From: Spirochaetota bacterium
GTDB lineage: Bacteria > Spirochaetota > UBA4802 > JAFGDQ01
Direction of reading: 5' to 3'
Assembly (NCBI GenBank): GCA_016932015.1
Contig: JAFGDQ010000066.1
Coordinates: 23,617 to 87,616 of the forward strand
Length of the DNA: 64,000 bases
Within the stretch, counting starts at the first letter, position 1, and every line of letters starts with the position of its first letter. Shown here piece after piece: positions 57,983 to 64,000 of the stretch. A model generated the notes under the pieces. It worked only from the letters and a program-made list of their open reading frames with translations, was not told the DNA's origin and did not search any database. The translations under genes and the position numbers were made by a program.

Positions 57983-58477
57983 AAATATTACTCCTGAGAA
58001 ATTTTTATGTTGTATATATTTAATATTAAATTATACCTGAATAATAAAAATTCAAGTAAAAATGTTTAAAACAGCTTAATTCCAGAAATTTTATATGTAA
58101 CTCATTATTGTGAATAACCTGTTTTATATTTGGACTAATTTGGGGAAATATCTTTTTATTGTCAATTTATTATAGAAAATTTTCTGTTATTAGTGTTTTT
58201 ATAATATTTGTTCCTGATTTATTGATTTTTCCTGCCTCATTCCTGCTGCAGAATACTATCCATTGCCCGGTCTTTTCGTATAAATAGATTACGTTTTATT
58301 ATGTTGACATATTTATAAAAAATTAAAAATTATATGTCTATTAATACTCTTAAGAAACTGAATTTAAAAGGACATTTTTTATGCTTTTTGCAGTTTTTTC
58401 TGAATTTGTCCCCGCCCTTCGGGCAGGGTGGATTGTTAATAAAATAGTGAAATATAAATAAACACTGGGAGCAATTA

Positions 58478-61400
58478 ATGCCGAAAAGAACAGACATTGA
58501 AAAAATTATGATTATTGGTTCAGGGCCTATCGTGATTGGACAGGCTTGTGAATTTGATTATTCCGGCACTCAGGCCTGCAAGGCTTTAAAAAAACTGGGA
58601 TATAAAATCATTCTCGTTAATTCCAACCCGGCTACTATTATGACTGATCCGGGTATGGCTGATATTACCTATATTGAACCTTTTAATCTTGAAACAATGA
58701 TTAAAATAATCAAAAAGGAAAGACCCGATGCCTTATTGCCTAATCTTGGGGGACAGACAGCGCTTAATCTTTCATCTGAGCTTTATAAAAAAGGAATTCT
58801 AAATGAATATAATGTAAAAATAATCGGTGTGCAGGCAGATGCTATTGAAAGGGGTGAAGACAGAATAGCATTTAAAGAAACAATGAAAAAACTCGGTATT
58901 GATATGCCCGTAAGTGCTCCGGCGCACAGTATTGAAGAAGCGGAAAAGATCGCTGATGAAACAGGGTATCCTCTTGTAATCCGCCCCGCGTATACGATGG
59001 GAGGAACAGGAAGCGGGCATGTTTACAACAGCGAGGAACTTAAGGAAGTCGTAAGCCGCGGAATAACATCAAGTATGATAGGGCAGGTTCTTGTTGAGGA
59101 ATCTGTTATAGGCTGGGAGGAGCTGGAGCTGGAAGTTGTGCGTGATGCTAAAAATAATAAAATCACGGTTTGTTTTATAGAGAATGTCGACGCAATGGGC
59201 GTTCATACGGGTGATTCATTCTGTACTGCTCCAATGCTGACCATCAGTCAGGAGCTGCAGAACAGACTTCAGAAATATTCATATGATATAGTTGATGCGA
59301 TTGAGGTTATTGGAGGCACAAACGTTCAGTTCGCGCATAATCCGGAAACCGGGCGTGTTGTTGTAATAGAAATAAATCCCAGAACGTCGCGTTCGTCGGC
59401 GCTTGCTTCAAAGGCAACCGGTTTTCCGATCGCGCTGGTTTCGTCAATGCTTGCGGGCGGGCTCACCCTTGACGAAATTCCCTACTGGCGCGGCGGAACT
59501 CTGGATAAATATACTCCTTACGGAGACTATGTGGTAGTCAAATTTCCGAGATGGGGATTTGAGAAGTTTAAAGGCGTTAAGGATGAACTGGGTACGCAGA
59601 TGAGAGCTGTAGGAGAGGCAATGAGCATAGGCAAATCATATAAGGAGGCTTTTCAGAAAGCTATCCGGTCTATGGAAAACGGAAGATTCGGCCTCGGTTT
59701 TGCCAGAAACTTCAATAAAATGCCTCTTGATGATTTAATGAAGCTTTTGAATACCCCCACAAGCGAGCGGCAGTTTATCATGTACGAGGCACTGAGAAAG
59801 GGGGCAGATGTTGAAGAGCTGTATCAGAAGACATATATCAAGCCCTGGTTCATAAATCAGATGAAAGAGCTTGTGGATTTTGAAGAGGAGATTCTGAAGT
59901 ATAAAGGAAAAACCCTGCCTGATGAACTGCTGATTAAGGCAAAGAAGGACGGTTTTTCGGACAAGTATCTTGCTAAAATTACAGAGAACAGTGAAATCGC
60001 GATGCGGGATAAAAGGGTTTCTCTCGGAATTAAAGAAGCGTGGGAACCTGTTCCTGTAAGCGGTGTGGAAAATGCCGCGTACTACTATTCCACATACAAT
60101 GCGGATGATAAAGCGGAGATTTCTCCGGGCAGAAAGGTAATGGTTCTCGGCGGCGGCCCGAACCGCATCGGCCAGGGTATAGAGTTCGATTACTGCTGTG
60201 TGCATGCCGCATTTGCGCTTAAGGAAATGGAATACGATTCCATAATGGTCAACTGCAATCCGGAAACAGTTTCCACTGATTATGATACTTCAAATAAACT
60301 TTATTTTGAGCCTTTGACGGTTGAAGATGTACTCAGTATATACGAGAAGGAAAAACCGGATGGCGTAGTAGTGCAGTTCGGCGGGCAGACTCCCCTGAAT
60401 ATTGCACGTGAATTGATGGATGCCGGAGTTAATATTCTGGGTACATCACCTGATTCAATTGACCTGGCGGAGGACAGAGACAGATTCAGGTCAATGATGG
60501 AAAAAACCGGAATACCGTATCCAGAATCAGGCATGGCTGACAATCTTGACCAGGCGCTGAAAATTGCCGCAGATATAGGTTATCCTCTGATAGTAAGGCC
60601 TTCCTATGTTCTCGGCGGAAGGGCAATGGAGATTGTTTACGATGAGGACATGCTGAGGCAGTATTTAGCGGCTGCAGTCGACGTATCCCCTGAACGTCCT
60701 ATTCTTATTGACAAGTTTCTTACAAACGCAATGGAAGTTGAGGCTGACGCGATTTCCGACGGCACTGATGTTTTTGTTCCCGCAGTTATGGAGCATATAG
60801 AATATGCCGGAGTCCATTCCGGAGATTCGGCGTGCGTGGTTCCTTCCGTTAGCATTTCCCGAAAACATCTGGATACGATTGTTGATTATACTAAAAGAAT
60901 TGCCATTGCACTTAATGTCGTGGGACTTATGAATATTCAGTACGCTATTGCCGATGATACCGTGTATATTCTTGAGGCAAATCCAAGGGCGTCAAGAACA
61001 GTTCCTCTTGTTTCAAAAGTCTGCGGTATACAGATGGCGAATATCGCATTGAAAGTAATGCTTGGAGAAAAGATATCCTCTCTTAATCTGAAACACAAAC
61101 CGATTAAACATTTCGGAGTCAAAGAGTCGGTGTTTCCTTTTAACATGTTTCCTGAAGTGGATCCTCTTCTGGGGCCGGAAATGAGGTCAACAGGAGAAGT
61201 ACTCGGCCTTTCCGATTCATTCGGGCTCGCGTTTTCAAAGGCGCAGGAGGCTACAAAACAGAAACTGCCGGTTGAAGGCAATGTTTTACTCACTATAAAC
61301 AGAAATGACAGGGATACTGCTCTTGAGATCGCAAAAAACCTGATTTCACTCGGTTTTAATGTGATGACTACTGAAGGTGTTAACGGTTATCTGGAAGATA

Positions 61401-61675
61401 ATGGTGTTGCAACTGAGATGGTGCTGAAACTCAATCAGGGAAGGCCTAATATTGTTGACCGCATTAAAAGCCGGGAAATACAATTGATCATAAATACTCC
61501 AAGCGGCAAACAGAGCGAATTTGACGATTCATATATACGGAAATCCGCAATTAAATACGGAATTCCGTATATTACAACTATGGCAGCCGCGCGTGCGAGT
61601 GTAAAAGGCATTACTGAGTTAAAAAAAGGCGAAAAAGATGTAAAGTCTCTGCAGGAATATCACGGTCTGGTTTAA
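58478..61675 (+). CDS. carB: carbamoyl-phosphate synthase large subunit
   Basis: 1065 aa. Duplicated ATP-grasp halves and C-terminal MGS-like domain. Start MPKRTDIEKIMIIGSGPIVIGQACEFDYSG. Confidence 0.95.
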   Translation: MPKRTDIEKIMIIGSGPIVIGQACEFDYSGTQACKALKKLGYKIILVNSNPATIMTDPGMADITYIEPFNLETMIKIIKKERPDALLPNLGGQTALNLSSELYKKGILNEYNVKIIGVQADAIERGEDRIAFKETMKKLGIDMPVSAPAHSIEEAEKIADETGYPLVIRPAYTMGGTGSGHVYNSEELKEVVSRGITSSMIGQVLVEESVIGWEELELEVVRDAKNNKITVCFIENVDAMGVHTGDSFCTAPMLTISQELQNRLQKYSYDIVDAIEVIGGTNVQFAHNPETGRVVVIEINPRTSRSSALASKATGFPIALVSSMLAGGLTLDEIPYWRGGTLDKYTPYGDYVVVKFPRWGFEKFKGVKDELGTQMRAVGEAMSIGKSYKEAFQKAIRSMENGRFGLGFARNFNKMPLDDLMKLLNTPTSERQFIMYEALRKGADVEELYQKTYIKPWFINQMKELVDFEEEILKYKGKTLPDELLIKAKKDGFSDKYLAKITENSEIAMRDKRVSLGIKEAWEPVPVSGVENAAYYYSTYNADDKAEISPGRKVMVLGGGPNRIGQGIEFDYCCVHAAFALKEMEYDSIMVNCNPETVSTDYDTSNKLYFEPLTVEDVLSIYEKEKPDGVVVQFGGQTPLNIARELMDAGVNILGTSPDSIDLAEDRDRFRSMMEKTGIPYPESGMADNLDQALKIAADIGYPLIVRPSYVLGGRAMEIVYDEDMLRQYLAAAVDVSPERPILIDKFLTNAMEVEADAISDGTDVFVPAVMEHIEYAGVHSGDSACVVPSVSISRKHLDTIVDYTKRIAIALNVVGLMNIQYAIADDTVYILEANPRASRTVPLVSKVCGIQMANIALKVMLGEKISSLNLKHKPIKHFGVKESVFPFNMFPEVDPLLGPEMRSTGEVLGLSDSFGLAFSKAQEATKQKLPVEGNVLLTINRNDRDTALEIAKNLISLGFNVMTTEGVNGYLEDNGVATEMVLKLNQGRPNIVDRIKSREIQLIINTPSGKQSEFDDSYIRKSAIKYGIPYITTMAAARASVKGITELKKGEKDVKSLQEYHGLV

Positions 61676-61694
61676 TGTCCTGATCTGATATTCA

Positions 61695-62129
61695 TTGCGG
61701 GAATGGCGGATTCTGCTGTATTTGATTTTTTTATTTCAGGTTTATTCAGGTTGTACAGGATCTTTTATGGGACATTGTAAGCGGAGAGGCTACTGCTGCC
61801 GGGATGTAAGACTCGCAGAGTCTCCGGATATGCTTGAAAAGGCCTATAATTTCTGGAAAAAGTCAAAGGGTATTGATCCTGATTTTTCAGAGATATATCT
61901 GATTTATCCGATGCTTGACTTTAAATTCGAGAATCAGGATGAGGATCTGCCTTATCATTATCGTTGCAAGCACTTTGTTCATGATGAGAACGGGGTTCCG
62001 GCATGCTCAATTTATGAGATAAGGCCTCGTATGTGCAGGGATTTTCCTTATTATGAGGATGTCAAATCCCTTGACAGGGATGAACCTCTGAGCCCATACG
62101 AGGGATGCGGGTATAATGATCCTGATTAA
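61695..62129 (+). CDS. YkgJ-family (UPF0153) Cys-rich putative Fe-S/Zn-binding protein
   Basis: CxxRGYCCRD and CRDFPYYE motifs. 144 aa. Confidence 0.55.
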   Translation: MREWRILLYLIFLFQVYSGCTGSFMGHCKRRGYCCRDVRLAESPDMLEKAYNFWKKSKGIDPDFSEIYLIYPMLDFKFENQDEDLPYHYRCKHFVHDENGVPACSIYEIRPRMCRDFPYYEDVKSLDRDEPLSPYEGCGYNDPD

Positions 62130-62187
62130 CCGGTTTCCTGATTGAATTGAATTTCCATACTCCTTAAATTATGCGGTAAATAATTAT

Positions 62188-62973
62188 TTATTTGCCTGCA
62201 TGCGTTTGCGCTATCAGCGCTGCCCCGAGAGCTCCTATTATCTGAGGCTCATCAGGGACAAGAAATTCTGTTTTGAATTCATTCTCAAGAAATTTTTTCA
62301 TACCTGTGTTTTTTGCGACACCGCCTGTAAAAACTGCATCAGGTTCGCATTTAAGGCCTGAAGCCATCGCGAATACTCTTGACGCGGCTGCTTTGTGAAC
62401 TCCTGCGATCAGGTCTTTTCTTTCTTTCCCTTCGGCTCTGAGCACAACTACTTCTGTTTCCGCGAAAACTGTGCAGGTACTGCTTATGCGGCACGGGTCA
62501 TTGCTTTCAAGTGCGATCGGGCCCATGTCAGTCATACTTTCCACCTGAAGAATGTGAGCCATTACTTCCATAAACCTTCCGGTTCCTGCCGCGCATTTGT
62601 CATTCATTGTAAAATTGATTACATTGCCCTCAGAATCAACTTCTATTGCTTTTGAGTCCTGTCCGCCCATGTCAATTATGAAGCGGGTTGTAGGTATCAT
62701 GAAGTGCGCACCTTTCGCATGGCATATAATTTCCGTTGCGGTTTTTTGAGCGAATCCGATTGATTCCCTTGCGTATCCTGTTGAAACAATAAAGTCAAGA
62801 TCATCCATTGAAATTGAAAGGTTCGCATCTTGGAGCGCTTCTCTGCTTACTTCATTTGCAGCTATTTTTACATCATAACCTACAGGCCTGACTGCATGGC
62901 CTATAATCCGGCTGTCTTTTAGTATGACGGCTTTTGCTGTTGCTGCTCCTATATCTATTCCTGCTACCAACAT
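62188..62973 (-). CDS. CoA-substrate-specific enzyme activase (BadF/BadG/BcrA/BcrD/HgdC ATPase family)
   Basis: LVAGIDIGAATAKAVI actin-like fold start. 261 aa. Precedes a dehydratase subunit. Confidence 0.8.
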   Translation of the reverse strand: MLVAGIDIGAATAKAVILKDSRIIGHAVRPVGYDVKIAANEVSREALQDANLSISMDDLDFIVSTGYARESIGFAQKTATEIICHAKGAHFMIPTTRFIIDMGGQDSKAIEVDSEGNVINFTMNDKCAAGTGRFMEVMAHILQVESMTDMGPIALESNDPCRISSTCTVFAETEVVVLRAEGKERKDLIAGVHKAAASRVFAMASGLKCEPDAVFTGGVAKNTGMKKFLENEFKTEFLVPDEPQIIGALGAALIAQTHAGK

Positions 62974-63002
62974 GTTATTTATTTCCCTTATGGACTGTGA
63001 AT

Positions 63003-64000
63003 TTACTTGTGCTTTTTTGCTTTAAGCATTTCAGCGAATGTTTCTACTTTTGTTCTTAGTGAATCAGCACTGTGTGTTCTGCTGTCAAAATTATCGATCT
63101 CAAGTGAGAGGACAGGGAGCCCTGTCTTCTCTTCAAGGTATTTTTTCTGGGCATGGGATATGGTAGCTACAGGCCTGCAGTTATACAGATATTGCGCTAC
63201 AAATCCGTCCAGTCTCATGATTCCGGCTGCTTTTTCGTAGAACTGGATCTGAGCTTCAGTGCCGTGATAATATCCGCCTGTCATTTCGTAATTGGCTATA
63301 ATTTCGCCTGGTGTATTATATGTTCCTTTTGGTTCCACCCTGACTCCGCCAAAACTTCCAAGTATAAATGTAAGAGGAACTGCGAGGCCGCAGTCTTCAA
63401 GCAGGCGCGTTACTCTCGGATCCGATGTGTGGCCGAGCCTGACCATTACTCTTGGCGCGCCTTTTTCAGTCACACCTATTCCTGCTTTGACTCTTTCTTC
63501 AAGCTCTTTCACGAGAATCTCCATTGCCTTGATTCCTTCGCGTATACCCCTTCCTGCTGAGGATCCTGACAATGCTTCCAGCAGCTCGAGTTCAACTACA
63601 CTTAACGGTACCGGGTCGGCTTTCATAAGCTCAACAAGTCTGACAAGATAGCCTCTGAACTGCTTGCTGTTTTCCTGCGATTTTTCCCAGGCATCAGGCG
63701 CTATTTTTATTCCAAGGACATCTTCCGCTTTTTTTAGTGCCTGATTTATCTGCCCTCCAAGGTACTCGACCCTCTCAGGCAGAAAGTCCGGAAAATCCCC
63801 CCAATGTGAATCCATAATGCCGTCAATATATGCCATAGGTGTTCCGTAAAACGCGGTAACAAGGTCATCTGCTTTTGATCCCATATCGCAGTAATAGCTC
63901 GAAGCCAGGGCAAAATCCGGTACAGGAATCATGCCTTTTACAACGCCTCCGATTTTCGCCTGCCAGAGCGAACACATTGCATGCCCGGGCGGCAGTCCGT
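63003..64000 (-). CDS. 2-hydroxyacyl-CoA dehydratase subunit (HgdB/HadC-like), 5' end beyond window
   Basis: Reading frame is open upstream of the listed Met at 63977 to the window edge. Dehydratase D-component-like sequence. Adjacent to the activase. Confidence 0.65.
   Translation of the reverse strand, partial: GLPPGHAMCSLWQAKIGGVVKGMIPVPDFALASSYYCDMGSKADDLVTAFYGTPMAYIDGIMDSHWGDFPDFLPERVEYLGGQINQALKKAEDVLGIKIAPDAWEKSQENSKQFRGYLVRLVELMKADPVPLSVVELELLEALSGSSAGRGIREGIKAMEILVKELEERVKAGIGVTEKGAPRVMVRLGHTSDPRVTRLLEDCGLAVPLTFILGSFGGVRVEPKGTYNTPGEIIANYEMTGGYYHGTEAQIQFYEKAAGIMRLDGFVAQYLYNCRPVATISHAQKKYLEEKTGLPVLSLEIDNFDSRTHSADSLRTKVETFAEMLKAKKHK

Noticed and set aside
59735-60212. 156-aa and 60-aa minus-strand ORFs inside carB
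   Set aside because: Embedded antisense in one of the most conserved genes of the window.
1-64000. tRNA, rRNA, transposase or integrase genes and restriction, abortive-infection or other defence cassettes
   Set aside because: Intergenic regions are short and AT-rich with no cloverleaf-like GC-rich 70-90-nt segments. No ORF showed transposase, integrase, nuclease-ATPase or toxin-antitoxin hallmarks.

Overview
This 64-kb window is low-GC chromosomal DNA (about 38-40% by eye). The gene content points to a Gram-negative-type anaerobe: phospholipase A1, many lipoproteins, TPR envelope proteins, a 2-hydroxyacyl-CoA dehydratase with its ATP-dependent activator, and an iron-sulfur flavoprotein. It may come from an uncultivated amino-acid-fermenting lineage, but that is a guess. 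Most of the window is housekeeping: smpB, purE-guaA, lepB, ctpA, tsaD, a dctPQM TRAP transporter with an acyl-CoA ligase and a TetR regulator, guaB and carB. There is an eight-gene late cobalamin pathway operon (cbiA-cobU-cobO-cobS-cobC-cobQ-cbiB-cobD) behind a recognisable cobalamin riboswitch. There are also two large PAS histidine kinases, an MCP, a CheY-like response regulator and an HD-GYP response regulator. I found no CRISPR, rRNA, tRNA, transposase, integrase or recognisable defence genes. The most unusual locus is 43.3-49.4 kb. GatA is fused in one ORF to an archaeal-type AspRS. The next ORF fuses GatC to GatB. An AsnA-like (AspRS-derived) asparagine synthetase is transcribed divergently from the same promoter region. 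Together these look like a covalently tethered transamidosome for Asn-tRNA(Asn) synthesis. Directly beside it, a single fibronectin-III-like lipoprotein gene sits between the real 3' end of the asnA-like gene and an orphan copy of its last 12 codons. That is the classic footprint of insertion into a gene's 3' end. Other points are triplicated PAS modules in one kinase, also shared with the second kinase; a perfect heptad DNA repeat in the 7TMR-DISM kinase; a TetR-operator-like palindrome; a remnant receiver domain; and an extended FolD-like protein.
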